A stretch of DNA of 64,000 nt from an uncultured Candidatus Binatia bacterium (GTDB taxonomy: Bacteria; Desulfobacterota; Binatia; UBA9968; CAXXLF01). A model generated the notes under the pieces. The model was not told where the DNA came from and ran no database searches. It was given only the letters and a program-made list of their open reading frames with translations. The translations under genes were made by a program, and so were the position numbers. The stretch is from positions 1,312,001 to 1,376,000 of the forward strand of contig OZ244621.1 in the NCBI GenBank assembly GCA_965218425.1, read 5' to 3'. Positions 1 to 11,050 of this stretch are shown in pieces (the stretch's first letter is position 1; every line of letters starts with the position of its first letter).

Positions 1-300
1 TAAGAATTTAACCGCAGATTTAGGCAGATGGACGCAGACCGGCAATCGCTAAGCGCTGGGCGCAAAGCATAAAGAGTACCGCAAGGCAGTATGTAGCTAG
101 CAGAAAACAAAGGATTCGCCAAAAAAAGAGGGGTGCTCAACCGCCCAAGTGGAGGCTTTAGTAAATTCTCTTGGCCATGTAACAGGGTTTTGGGGCAAGA
201 CATGAACCACCATTGCGATCTAATGGCGGGGATCAATTTGTGGCAACGGAGGTGTAGATTAACGGCCTCTTTACAGCGGGCTAGCTAAAGTGGAGCGTGA

Positions 301-1311
301 TTAACCCTGGCTTTTCCAGGCACGAATGAACTGCTCGGCGTCTTTCACAACAGGTTCGGTGACCGGCACATAGGGGATCACCAACCGGGTAGCGCCCGCC
401 TCGCTAAACGGGGCCAGCTTTTCTTTTATCTCAGAAATGGAAGTTCCAGGAACCACTGGAAGCTTATCCATATAGGAATCGGTCAGGGCCGCCATGGCGG
501 CTTTGAAGCCCCCCCTCTGAAACTCCTCCTGAATGGCATTGACCTCCGGTTCAAACCCCAACCCCTTTAGCATGTCGTTATAGTGGTCGGCTAAATTATA
601 AAACGTTAACACCTGACGTAGGCGCGAGCGTGCTATTGAACGATCCGCGTTCAGCGAAACACGGCACTTCGCGATAATTTCAATCTCTCCCGGATCACGA
701 CCGGCCTCCTGTGCGGAATTTCGCACTCGTTCAGCGATTTCCCGGATCTTCGCCGGGGTCGCCATGTTTATGAACACCCCGTCCGCTATCTTACCCACAA
801 GCCGGGTCATCTGCGGACCCAGGCCCGCCATGTAAATGGGAAATTTCGGATAGCCCGGTTTCCAGGACAGCTGGAAGCGTTTGCCAGTCTGATAAATCTC
901 CCCATCGTACTCCACCCGTTCACCTGCGGCGGTCTTGCGGACAACCTCCAAGTACTCACGGGCCCGCCTGAGGGGACGGTCAAACACACCTCCATGCCAG
1001 GCCGCGATGGCCTTATTCGCCACTCCTAGGCCAAGCAGAAAACGTCCTCCTGAAAGGTCTTGAAGCGTAGCCGACTGAATTCCCAACGTAACAGGACTGC
1101 GACCATAAATGTGGTAGATTGCTGTTCCGAGCTTGACGCTCCTGGTACGGCTTGCGACTGCAGAAAGCAACACGATGGGGTCAGTACTATTTGACTCCCC
1201 CTTCCAGAATGCCCCAAAGCCCGCATCTTCTGCCATCTCCACCAACCCCACCACTCCATCGGCTGGATAATGGGCTGCTGAATTCAGCTCGATATCATAG
1301 ATCATTCTCAT
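301..1311 (-). CDS. LLM-class (luciferase-like) flavin/F420-dependent oxidoreductase
   Basis: 336-aa ORF with AEDAGF..W..E, DP.VLLSAVA.RT..VKLGT, SGGRF.LGLG, P.YMAGLGP and IADGV motifs. Confidence 0.9.
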   Translation of the reverse strand: MRMIYDIELNSAAHYPADGVVGLVEMAEDAGFGAFWKGESNSTDPIVLLSAVASRTRSVKLGTAIYHIYGRSPVTLGIQSATLQDLSGGRFLLGLGVANKAIAAWHGGVFDRPLRRAREYLEVVRKTAAGERVEYDGEIYQTGKRFQLSWKPGYPKFPIYMAGLGPQMTRLVGKIADGVFINMATPAKIREIAERVRNSAQEAGRDPGEIEIIAKCRVSLNADRSIARSRLRQVLTFYNLADHYNDMLKGLGFEPEVNAIQEEFQRGGFKAAMAALTDSYMDKLPVVPGTSISEIKEKLAPFSEAGATRLVIPYVPVTEPVVKDAEQFIRAWKSQG

Positions 1312-1326
1312 TCTCCTTTTGCTTAA

Positions 1327-2517
1327 CTAGCGGGTTTTAACCACACCCTGCTGGTTCAGTTTCTTCACGGTAGCCATAGTGTAACCTAGTTCCGAGAGAA
1401 TGGCCTGGGTATGCTCGCCTAACAGCGGTGGTGGACTTGCCGATCCCTTGGGTAGATCAGAAAAGTTGACTGGAGATCCCACAAATTTATATGTTCCCGC
1501 CTTGGGATGTTTCACCTCGTGGAGCAACCCTAAATGGATTACCTGCGGATCGGTCAGGACCTCCGCCATATTATAGAGCGGTCCCGCCGGCACGTCGTTT
1601 TGTTCCAACCTTTCAAGCCATGCTTTCCTCGTTCGAGTGGCAAAGACCAAAGACAATTCTGTATGGAGCTCTTCATAATTTTTCCGGCGGCCGTCCCGGG
1701 TTCTGAACCTCTGGTCCTGCCCAAGTTCTCTCCGACCCACAGCCTTCAAAAGACCTAGCCAAAATTTCTCTGGAACCGAGCAGTGAATCACTAAAGGTAG
1801 CTTGTCCTTGGTCAGGAAGGCAAAAGCCTGAGCGTTTCTCACCCGTGCCGTGCGGTCGGGTATTTTACCCGATTTCAAATAACCTGCGGCGGACTCCCCG
1901 ATAAACGAGAGGGTGGCCCGCAGAAGTGAAGTCTCCACCCTTGTGCCAGAGCCCGTCCTAGATCGATTTAGCAGCGCTCCCAGGATTCCGTATCCGGCTG
2001 ACAGACCTGTGACATAGTCCGACAGGGCAATTCCCATCACCTTGGGCTGATTTAAATCTGTCAGCATGCTCAAAAGGCCAGCCATGGACTGACCCAAGGT
2101 GTCAAATCCGGGTTTATCTACATAAGGACCTGTTTGCCCGAAGGCAGAAATAGAGCAATAAACCAGCTTGGGGTTAATAGCTTTTAGGGCCTCATAACCC
2201 AGGCCAAGCCGATGGGCTGTCTCTGGACGAAAATTCTCTACGAAGACATCGGCCTGTTTAATTAACTTGGTTGTGATCTCTTTGCCGTTCTTTGTTTTGA
2301 GATCCAGGGCTAGACTCTCTTTGTTACAGTTCAAATGGGCGAAGTTAGGGCTAAAAAATGGGTCCGGTGCAAAATAACGGTAAGGGTCTCCCTCCCCAGG
2401 GGACTCAATTTTAATCACACGGGAACCAAGATCTCCTAGGAGACGGGTCGCGTAGGGACCCGTAACGAAGGTAGAGCATTCAACCACGGTAATTCCTTCG
2501 AGGACACCAGCTTGCAT
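1327..2517 (-). CDS. CoA-transferase family III (CaiB/BaiF)
   Basis: GPYATRLLGDLG.RVIKIE, NKESLALDLK, ADVFVENFRP, SISAFGQTGP..DKPGFD motifs. Confidence 0.93.
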   Translation of the reverse strand: MQAGVLEGITVVECSTFVTGPYATRLLGDLGSRVIKIESPGEGDPYRYFAPDPFFSPNFAHLNCNKESLALDLKTKNGKEITTKLIKQADVFVENFRPETAHRLGLGYEALKAINPKLVYCSISAFGQTGPYVDKPGFDTLGQSMAGLLSMLTDLNQPKVMGIALSDYVTGLSAGYGILGALLNRSRTGSGTRVETSLLRATLSFIGESAAGYLKSGKIPDRTARVRNAQAFAFLTKDKLPLVIHCSVPEKFWLGLLKAVGRRELGQDQRFRTRDGRRKNYEELHTELSLVFATRTRKAWLERLEQNDVPAGPLYNMAEVLTDPQVIHLGLLHEVKHPKAGTYKFVGSPVNFSDLPKGSASPPPLLGEHTQAILSELGYTMATVKKLNQQGVVKTR

Positions 2518-2582
2518 TAGATGTTCCTATAGATAAGCGGCGTTTCCTTTGTGACGAGAGGAGAATAGCAAGGTGGCTCTAA

Positions 2583-2716
2583 CCCCGATCCGAATAGGGT
2601 TTTACCCTTGGAAATTTTCCCGGAGGTGAATCATAATCCCCGGCCATTTAACCTTGCAGCCATGGTTCAAAAGCTCCCCCTAGGAACCCCTCCACACAAG
2701 AGTTCTCGGATCGGGG
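2583..2716. repeat. Intergenic segment bounded by inverted CCCCGATCCG repeats (MITE/REP-like)
   Basis: ccccgatccg at 2583-2592 and cggatcgggg at 2707-2716; same arrangement at 38832-39021. Confidence 0.5.
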
Positions 2717-2821
2717 CCAACACTTGCCCCCCCAATTACAAATCTAGACTGTCCTCCGAGAACAGCTCCATTGATTGGGTTGGATATTGGAGTGCGAACC
2801 CGGAAATATTTAGCCGGAAAG

Positions 2822-3775
2822 CTATAGTGAAACCTCTTTACCTAAGCCGGCGTCCTTTGCCCGCGCTAAAACTCTTTTAGCCAAGGCTAAATCTCCCCAC
2901 CCCCCTTGGGAATCCCTGAACACCATCACCTCATCATCGCTTCCCCTCCCCACCCGACCACACACAACATCACCCAACTGCCGAACCCCATCCCAAAAAC
3001 CCTTGTCCTCCTTGAGTCCCAGCAAAGGGTTGGTAAACCCGCCGGTTAGGTCCAGGTTCAATTCCTGTTTTTTATCACCCACTACGGTCAGATTTGCACG
3101 TCCATACACGGCGGGGTCCATCTCACAGGGCCGCCCCATGCTGGCGATCAGCAACCCGTCCGCAATGCCGGCAGGTTCAAATACCGGAACTTTTGAATCC
3201 GTCGCCACGAGCAGAATGTGGCTCTCTTTAATAACCTCGGCTGGGCTAGACGACGGCGTCACATCAACGTCCAACATGCCGGCCGCTTTCTCCGCAAAAC
3301 TCTCCCTGTGACCAGGACCCCGGCTGTAAACTTTTATCCGTTTCACGTGGCGAGCGCACATGACACCTCTAAGCAAGTCCATGGCGCTGCGACCCGTGCC
3401 AATGATGGCTACGTTTTCCGCGTCCTTGCGGGCTAGATACTTGGTTGCCACACCAAATGTGGCACCGGTTCGCATTGAACCATAAGAATAAGACATCACG
3501 GTCAGGAGATCCCCGCTCTCAGAATCACAAAGGACAGCGATGGTCGTCCCTCTTTTGAAACCAGAGGCTTTCCCCAGCCGGTAACCAATGAGTTGACTTC
3601 CAAGCAGAGCCCCCTGAACGACTCTCATGGACCTGTTCTCCAAAATAAGCCTGACCGGGGCATGGGACAATACCTTTCCCTCCCCCTGTTCTTTAAAGGC
3701 GGCCTCTGTGGCTTCAATGGCCTCATTCATGTCTAGCAGCCTTTCAACTTCGTGCCGTTCAAGAAGTAGTGTCAT
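2822..3775 (-). CDS. Ornithine cyclodeaminase/mu-crystallin family protein
   Basis: RTGA..GVATKYLAR, VAIIGTG Rossmann motif, ATDS..PVF, and C-terminal DLALA. Confidence 0.88.
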   Translation of the reverse strand: MTLLLERHEVERLLDMNEAIEATEAAFKEQGEGKVLSHAPVRLILENRSMRVVQGALLGSQLIGYRLGKASGFKRGTTIAVLCDSESGDLLTVMSYSYGSMRTGATFGVATKYLARKDAENVAIIGTGRSAMDLLRGVMCARHVKRIKVYSRGPGHRESFAEKAAGMLDVDVTPSSSPAEVIKESHILLVATDSKVPVFEPAGIADGLLIASMGRPCEMDPAVYGRANLTVVGDKKQELNLDLTGGFTNPLLGLKEDKGFWDGVRQLGDVVCGRVGRGSDDEVMVFRDSQGGWGDLALAKRVLARAKDAGLGKEVSL

Positions 3776-3802
3776 AGCGGATTTTTACTCGCTACCTCCG
3801 TG

Positions 3803-4999
3803 CTATCTTGATCGCGTTTTTCTCATGGTGTCTCGAATCAATGCTCGAATGGGTTTGAAATCCATCCAATCAGGCCGGTTAATGAAAATGTATTCCCTGT
3901 CTTCCCTTCTTTTTGCCATGTCAGGGACAATACCAGGAGGAAGGTCCTCCCGCAGTGAAGTTTTCAGATCATTGGATGGGTTGGCCCGTCTGAAAGCCGT
4001 TTGCCCCTCACGTGATAAGTACCAGTTGGCGAACACTCTAGCCGCGTTAGGATGAGGCGCAAGGGTCGGTAAAGAGAGGGCTCCATTGGCCGCGCCAATT
4101 CCAGGTTTTTCCTTTAGATCATAAGGATCGATTCGAGTGACGGGGAGACCCTGCTCCCGGGCCAGCTGCTCCCCCCGACACAGAATGCAAATAGCGAATC
4201 GGCCTCTAGCCAGCCGATCGGTTGCCTGCTCGAAATTACGGAAAAATGAAGCATCCATTTCTGAGTATACCTTCTCTATAAACTTAGGTCCGACCTCAGG
4301 ATGGTAATACATAAAAATAAGTGCCGTTGAGCCCCTTTGGCCAGTTCCTACAATATCGAGAGCTTCAAACTTGCCCTTCCATTTCGGGTTAAAAATATCC
4401 CACACAGACCTAATCTCACCCGGCTTTACCAGTTTTGTGTTGTAAGCGATTGGCGGGCCGTAAAGCGACCCCTCGTACATAAATATAAACTCACTTTCCG
4501 GGTCTACATAGCGGTGTTTATCTTGCCACCATCTTGATGGGTCTGTCACCTCTGGAAGGATCAATGCTGAAGAAACTGGCCGCAGTATTTTAGCCTGATA
4601 GAAGGTCCCGTAGATGGCCGTCGGTGCTGCGAGAAAAACATCCGCCAAGTGTTTGCCCGCTCTGCGTTCCGCAAAAATCAATGATATCAGTCGTGCCGAA
4701 CCACGTCCCGGCATCACCCCCCTAATTTTGATCTTAGGGTACTTTTCCTGAAAGGCCTTCCACACAACTCGGAGATCACCCACGGAAGTAGAAGCGTAGA
4801 CTCTTACCTCTCCTTCCTCCTGCGCAGCTTTCACTGTCTTCTCCCACTCCGTCTGCCAATTCGCATTCCCCTCCACGACCTGCAAACCAAGGGCTACGAG
4901 CACCACAATTGCGAAAATTCCAATCTGTCGCAGTCTTCCTTCCATAGAAGTCTCACCAAGGTTTTGAGCCATGATCCGTCCTTTTTTCTCCGCAATCAC
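3803..4999 (-). CDS. ABC transporter extracellular solute-binding protein (Fe3+/polyamine-like cluster); start may be downstream
   Basis: Signal-like hydrophobic segment, AA.EEG.V.VY, ERRAGK..ADV, YNTKLV, PKWKGK, APHPNAARVF.NW.LSREGQ. Confidence 0.88.
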   Translation of the reverse strand: MIAEKKGRIMAQNLGETSMEGRLRQIGIFAIVVLVALGLQVVEGNANWQTEWEKTVKAAQEEGEVRVYASTSVGDLRVVWKAFQEKYPKIKIRGVMPGRGSARLISLIFAERRAGKHLADVFLAAPTAIYGTFYQAKILRPVSSALILPEVTDPSRWWQDKHRYVDPESEFIFMYEGSLYGPPIAYNTKLVKPGEIRSVWDIFNPKWKGKFEALDIVGTGQRGSTALIFMYYHPEVGPKFIEKVYSEMDASFFRNFEQATDRLARGRFAICILCRGEQLAREQGLPVTRIDPYDLKEKPGIGAANGALSLPTLAPHPNAARVFANWYLSREGQTAFRRANPSNDLKTSLREDLPPGIVPDMAKRREDREYIFINRPDWMDFKPIRALIRDTMRKTRSR

Positions 5000-5006
5000 T
5001 ATCTGA

Positions 5007-5441
5007 CTATTGGATCTGAATTACATCCATGGACCGTTTCCCGAGTCTTCTTGGGCCCCGAGCAGTCGCTGCCATAACGTCAATGGACTTTTCCACCAGC
5101 TCCACCGCCTTTGCGAGGACGTGGATTTCTTCCTGGCTTTTGACGTACCCGGCTTTCTCCAACAGGTCCGTACCGTCTACGTCGGAATCAAACAGCACCG
5201 CCGCGTGCCCCTCACCGGCCAACTGCTCGGCAGAACCTACCCGGATTCCCATTCGTTGAGATTGGACCAAGGCTCCGCTGACGATGCGCAGTAGTGCCCC
5301 TCTGGGCACAGGGATATGTCGGGGCGGGAGGCCAACGACGCCACCAGCGGACTGTTCACGGAAGGCCTCCGGGGTGAGTGTCATGGCCTGCTCGAGGTTG
5401 AGCAGTGACTCCACCCCAGCCTTAGATATCAACAGAGTCAT
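5007..5441 (-). pseudogene. Chimeric remnant: cyclodeaminase-family N-terminus fused to an internal M24-family fragment
   Basis: aa 1-87 parallel the N-terminus of 2822..3775; aa 88-129 (DGTDLLEKAGYVKSQEEI..LAKA.E) parallel DATDIVGFVRYVKSDEEIEHLRRAAE of 11051..12241. Confidence 0.8.
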
Positions 5442-5459
5442 CCTGGCCCAACAAGGCCA

Positions 5460-6656
5460 CTACGCTGAAACGAGGAGTTCTACCTTTCGATCTCCAAGCT
5501 CACGATGGCCGTTTTCCGTAACCACCAGCGATGTTCCGCCCAGCAAGGTGCCTTCACCGCCTTTGCCCACCAAGGTAGGTGAGATGCTGTAAATCATCCC
5601 TTTGACAAGGGTAAAATTCCCGGCACTGCCCAACCCGGCCTTTGGACCATCATCAGTGATCCTATATTCCGCGCCGGGAAACTCGGGGACATCGATCCCG
5701 TACTGGTGTATCTGTGAATGGACCGATGATTTGAAACCGGTTCCTTCGCACGCCTTGCGGTATGCCTCGATCAAATCCCGCTGCGTGGCTCCCTGTTTCA
5801 CCTTATCGAGCACTTCCCCTCTCACCTTTAAAATGGATTTGAACATCTCTTGGTAAACCGGCTTGGGATCGCCAAAGGCGATTTCCTGATCGCTGTGTCC
5901 GCCATAGCCGCCGTAATGAGCATGGGCTGTCAAGGTTCCGACATCCCCTTCCTGAATCTTGCGCGTCATGCACAGCCCTCCAAGGATCGGGTTCTGCGCT
6001 GGGACCGGTCCAAAGTTAAATCCAACGGTGGATTCCATGTCGCCGCCCGCATCCCACATCCCCTTGATGGCTTCCTGCACGACCTCCTTACCAAGCATGC
6101 CAGGGCGTGCCATCTCATGGACCCTCTTAACACCCGCATCGAAGACCCGGTTGGCAAAATCGATCATGGCGATCTCTTCCTCGCTCTTGATGGTCCTGAT
6201 ATTGGCGAAGATCGCGGATACGTCCACAAACTTGGCCGACTCGAGGCCCGATTGCAGCTCGGCATAAAACCCGTGGCTCAGGCCGCCCGCGGTGGACTTC
6301 GTTTCGGTAACCCCGATGGTTCCCTTATCCAGCCCCATTTTTTTAATTCGCTCGATGAAAGGAACGGCCCCATTTTCCGACTGCAAATCCTTGACCCAAT
6401 CCTGGGAATCCGCCAGCACCTGAGCTGAGAGGTCAGCCAAGTGCCGACGGTGGATTAAAACCAGAAACGTCGCCTCTTCCTCCGTCGGGAAGAGTCCGTA
6501 CCTCTCACCCGTTAGCCCATTGGTGAGATAAAAAAGATTGCTGTCCTTCACAATGACGCAATCCACCCCTTTTTCCTTTAACTTCGCTCTAACCGCAGCA
6601 TACCTGCGATCCCGCTCTTTCAGTGAAAGTTTTGGACCTTGATTGCTCTGAGCCAT
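5460..6656 (-). CDS. M24 (aminopeptidase P/creatinase fold) family protein, non-canonical active site
   Basis: ERDRRY..VR N-domain, RTIKSEEEI, ARPG, LVVTENG; D/D/H/E/E ligand positions largely substituted. Confidence 0.85.
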   Translation of the reverse strand: MAQSNQGPKLSLKERDRRYAAVRAKLKEKGVDCVIVKDSNLFYLTNGLTGERYGLFPTEEEATFLVLIHRRHLADLSAQVLADSQDWVKDLQSENGAVPFIERIKKMGLDKGTIGVTETKSTAGGLSHGFYAELQSGLESAKFVDVSAIFANIRTIKSEEEIAMIDFANRVFDAGVKRVHEMARPGMLGKEVVQEAIKGMWDAGGDMESTVGFNFGPVPAQNPILGGLCMTRKIQEGDVGTLTAHAHYGGYGGHSDQEIAFGDPKPVYQEMFKSILKVRGEVLDKVKQGATQRDLIEAYRKACEGTGFKSSVHSQIHQYGIDVPEFPGAEYRITDDGPKAGLGSAGNFTLVKGMIYSISPTLVGKGGEGTLLGGTSLVVTENGHRELGDRKVELLVSA

Positions 6657-6757
6657 GATAGATTCTCCTTTCTGAATTAAGACTCTTCATCCGCTAATTA
6701 ACGGACCCGATACCCGGTCCCATTTTCAACCCTTTGAGCCCCATAGCAAATTTCTCA

Positions 6758-8501
6758 TCAGAAGCCCAACGCAAGCCTCCTTCTCCCAAAAGTGAAATAG
6801 AGAATTAGGAGGGGTGACATCAATAGAATGAGCAACACCGAGATGGAGGCCGCTTGGGTCAGTGAGCCGCCGCTCCAAACACCCCATACAAATACCGGCA
6901 GTGTGATATTTCTCTGCGACACGAGCAGTGCGGCCACCGTCAGCTCCCGATAGGTGAGCAGCGCCATCCAGAGCCAGGAGTATAGAAATGCCGGGGCCAG
7001 TAATGGGAATAGGATCTTCCTAACCACCGTAACCGCCTTTAAACCGAATACGTACCCGGCCTCATCAAGCTCACGATGGATCTGTATTAGGGCGCTATTG
7101 TAAACTCTTGTGGCAAAGCTCATCCGTTCGATCACGTAGACGGCGATGAGTATGAAAATTGTTCCGTAGAAGGGGATAAAAGTTGGCAACCAAAATAGCG
7201 CAAATATCAATGCCCCGACCGCGAAGACAATCCCGGGGACCGCATGGGGAAGGAAGGCAAGGATATCAAAGAATCCCGACATCTTTGATCCAGAGCGGAT
7301 GACGACCCAAGAGATGGCGATCCCGATGACCGCCGTGAAGGTAGGAACCAATGCAACCAGAATCATACTGTTCGTGGCCGCCGACCAAAATCCCTCCCAC
7401 GGGATGTTGCGAAAGTTATCCAATGAGACACGGGCCGCAGCCTCCATTGAGAAAGGCTCAAAAAACGGTATCAAGGAGGACCAATCCGGGAAGAACCAAG
7501 CTCAAAAGCACTTTGAGCCCGATAAAAGACCACCCAAGGATCCACCACCGTCCCAACTCAATGGGCTTCGGCCGGTACCCCTGGCCCCTAACCACCTGGT
7601 AGCGGTGAGATCGTTTAACGACTCGCAGATACCACCAGGACAACAAGAGGGCTACTGCGATCATTATGGCACTCGAGGCGGCGGCAATCCCATAGTTCGG
7701 CAGGGCTTCCTGGGGATTGGTCTGGTTAAAGACAAAGGTGCTGAAGGTAAATATTCGGTTGGACATGCCAATGACAGCGGGGACATCGAAGGCAGCCAGA
7801 CCAATGGTAAAAGTGTAAATGCCAGTGGCCAAGATACTGGGCCACACCAGGGGAAGCGTGATGATTCTGAGCCGGCGCAGAGTTTTTAAACCGTGGATCT
7901 GAGCGCTCTCTTCTAGAGCCGGATCCAGGGCACGAAACGAGCTTGCAACCATCACAAAGGCCAGCGAGGAAATGCCCAATCCCTGGACAAAACCCATCCC
8001 CACAACACTAGCGACGTTGAATGGAGATTGCTCGATGGGAAGCACCGATACGAGCCAGGTATTGACCATGCCAATGCGGGGATGCAATAGAAACAACCAC
8101 CCCATGGCCGTGAAAAAACCGGGGATGAGTACTCCTATGGTCATCAGCGGATACACGGCTCCTCGAGCGGGGAGGTCCGTCCGCTCGGCAAGCCACGCCG
8201 TGGGAACGGCAAAGATAAGCGCCGTAACAACAGTCGTAGCCGCAAACCCCAACGTGTTAAGCAAACTCTTGTAGGCGAAGGGGTCCCCATAGAGATCAAG
8301 GAAGTTCTGAAAGGTATAGACGTCTCCCCTATCCTCGACGCGAAAGGCAATATCCACGGTCACGAGGAGAAGGACCACGACGGCGGTGAGCAAGATGGCG
8401 CCTAGCGCGATTAATGAGCCCCGTCCCGCCCACAAGGCCGGTTTAGGCCGAGGCCAGCGGACAGAGTCGCTCAAAACTCCACTGGACGAGGGTTCGCCCA
8501 T
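6758..8501 (-). pseudogene. ABC transporter permease (FbpB/ThiP-like, two TM domains), frameshifted near 7474-7484
   Basis: ORFs 7458..8501 and 6758..7474 each carry an EAA loop (LEESAQIHG; LDEAGYVFG) and together make one permease. Confidence 0.85.
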
Positions 8502-9584
8502 CTATTGACCCTTCAGGATCTTCTGGTACTTCCTTCGCATTCCTGAAATTTTCTTTTGATTGGCAAGCACCTCTTTCACGCCAAAGACCCTCGGCTCAAT
8601 GCCCCTTTTTTGCAAACCGCGCACCAACCGAGAGGTGTTTGTACCCTAGAGCATGTGCATGTCATAACCTTCGCCCTCCCACAGGATTTTCTGGGCCACC
8701 TTGGTGGTCATAAAGACAGTAAACAATTTAGCCATATTGGGATGGGCCGATCCCTTGGGCACACCCAAGTAGAAGTAACTGACAAGCGGGACGTCTTCCA
8801 GGATCGTATGTTCAATGGGCGCTCCCTTGGCTTTGAGCAGCTCAATGGCGCCACCGCCGCAGGTAAGAGCCAGCAGGTTAAATTCGCCGCTAATGATTCG
8901 CTCATCCTCACCACACCGGATCAGCCCAGCAAGATTTTCACGGCTTAGATTCTTGAGAAAATTGGTAACCCGTTCATCGCCAAGGATCATGGCAGCCCGG
9001 TCAAAGCTCGCAGCATAGGGAGTGGAAGCGATCTTGCCCTTCCACCTGGGGTTGAGCAGGTCTTCGAGCTTGCGGGGCACTTGATCTTTTGGAACCAGTT
9101 TCGTGTTATAGGTGACCCCGGGCATCCGGCTCGCAATCACTACCGCGACATTACCGGGGGCCAAAGCCTCTGCGGGGATGGTTGGTGCAAATTCCTTCCA
9201 ATTGGGCGTGTCCAGAGCCTTGCTCTTTAAAATTCTCGACACATGACTTTCACTCCCAATGTAAATATCCGTAGTGGGAGTTCGGCCCGCCTTATGCTCC
9301 TTGGCAAGCCGGGAGGCCATGCGCGGCATGGAAGGGCCTCGGGTGAATTTGAGGTCTACCTTGATGCCGTACATGGCGTTTAGAGCCTTTTCCCATTTTG
9401 CCCAGGCTTTTGCATCATCAATGCCGCTCCCCAACATGTTCAGTTGACCTTCCGCAGCAGCCGCTTTGATGAGTTTCTTCATGGCAGGAGTCCTATCGGT
9501 CTCAGCCCCCACCATCTGCAACGGCAGATGCAATAAGACGATCCCCAATAGAAGCGCCACTGCGCTGATATATAGCTTATTCAT
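8502..9584 (-). pseudogene. ABC solute-binding protein with in-frame TAG at 8646-8648 (truncated or read through)
   Basis: SBP motifs YNTKLV, PRWKGKI, AHPN.AKLF; the frame stays open for 47 codons after the TAG and ends at 8502-8504, abutting the permease ATG at 8501. Confidence 0.75.
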
Positions 9585-9659
9585 TTTTCCACCCCCTTAA
9601 TTTTTTAACTCACTTCTTGAACTAAACTGCTCAATCATTTGGGTTTTAGATTTTTGCTG

Positions 9660-10733
9660 TCAGGTATTCGGAAAGACCATCATCTCCTCGCGTGGGAATT
9701 GGATATAGTAGTCTTTTTGTTCGGGAGATAAATTTTCCGTTCTCATTTTTTTTATCATGAATACCTCAGAATCCACGCGAACCTTGAATTGTTGATGATC
9801 GCCAAGGAAGGTCCTTTCCACCAGCTTGCCCGGAAACTCGTTGAGCCCTTTCAGTGGATTATTAGTCAGTCTCAAGCCTTCCGGTCGGATCCCAATACGC
9901 ACAGCGCCCATTTCATTGGTGGTATTGGCATGAATGACGCCGATGCTGGTCGTAATCTGACCTTTCTCCCGAACCTCGCCTCCCAACCAGTTAATGGAAC
10001 CAAAGAACTCGGCCACTCTGGGATTGGCCGGGTTGTCGTACAACGTGGATGGGGAGCCAATTTGAATAATTTGCCCACTATCCATGACCGCGATACGATC
10101 CGCCAAGGCCATGGCCTCGCTTTGATCATGAGTCACGTAAAGAACAGCTACTCCCACCTTTTTCGCGACGGCTCTGATTTCAGAACGTACCTCCTCCCGC
10201 AAACGCGCGTCCAGGTTACTCAAGGGCTCATCCATCAGAAGCGCCGCGGGCTCCACGGCTAAGGCCCGTGCTAGGGCCACCCTCTGCTGCTGGCCTCCGC
10301 TGAGTAGGGGGACAGGCCTTTCCTCCAATCCCTCCAGTTGAACCTGCACCAAAGCGTTCCTAACCCTCTCCTTGACCACATGATTAGGAAACTTCCTTGC
10401 ACCATGGGTAAGGGGGAGAGCCACGTTCTCAAAAACGTTCATGTGGGGCCACACCGCATAGGATTGAAAAACCATTCCGAGTCCCCGTTCTTCCGGAGGT
10501 ACAAATACTCCTTGAGCGCCGGAATACATGAGCTTTGTTCCCAGGAGGATTTCCCCGCCATCGGGTCGTTCCAGACCCGCAACGCAACGTAGAAGGGTCG
10601 TCTTTCCCGATCCACTTGGTCCTAAAAGGACAAAGAACTCTTCCCGGTCCATTTGAAGACGGACCCCTCTCAAAGCCGCAACTCCGCCCTCTGCCACATG
10701 GAATACCTTCTCTAGTTGATGAACAGCGATCAC
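9660..10733 (-). CDS. ABC transporter ATP-binding protein (PotA/FbpC family)
   Basis: GPSGSGKT, LSGGQQQRVALARAL, LLMDEPLSNLDA, YVTHDQ, C-terminal TOBE-like region. Confidence 0.95.
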   Translation of the reverse strand: MIAVHQLEKVFHVAEGGVAALRGVRLQMDREEFFVLLGPSGSGKTTLLRCVAGLERPDGGEILLGTKLMYSGAQGVFVPPEERGLGMVFQSYAVWPHMNVFENVALPLTHGARKFPNHVVKERVRNALVQVQLEGLEERPVPLLSGGQQQRVALARALAVEPAALLMDEPLSNLDARLREEVRSEIRAVAKKVGVAVLYVTHDQSEAMALADRIAVMDSGQIIQIGSPSTLYDNPANPRVAEFFGSINWLGGEVREKGQITTSIGVIHANTTNEMGAVRIGIRPEGLRLTNNPLKGLNEFPGKLVERTFLGDHQQFKVRVDSEVFMIKKMRTENLSPEQKDYYIQFPREEMMVFPNT

Positions 10734-11050
10734 AGCCGGTCCACGCGTTCAAGTTTCAGGACATCGCCTAATGTAAAAAATAAAGAAAGCATGCCCTCCT
10801 CCAGGCTTCTATATTTTTTGGCTCCTACTTGTCAATGACACTTACCCGGAAACCGATGGGTAGGGGAGCGGGACTACAGGGCAATATAAACAAACGTTAT
10901 TATATGGAGGGCAAGGAACGAACCGACACTTGGAAACGCAATTACGAATCAACGGTCCCATCGCTGTGAGCCGAACTCAAGGGATTCCAAGCCACTCATC
11001 CGTGATCCACGCACGAGCCCTGAGGCCCACATCGACATCTGGCCACAGTG

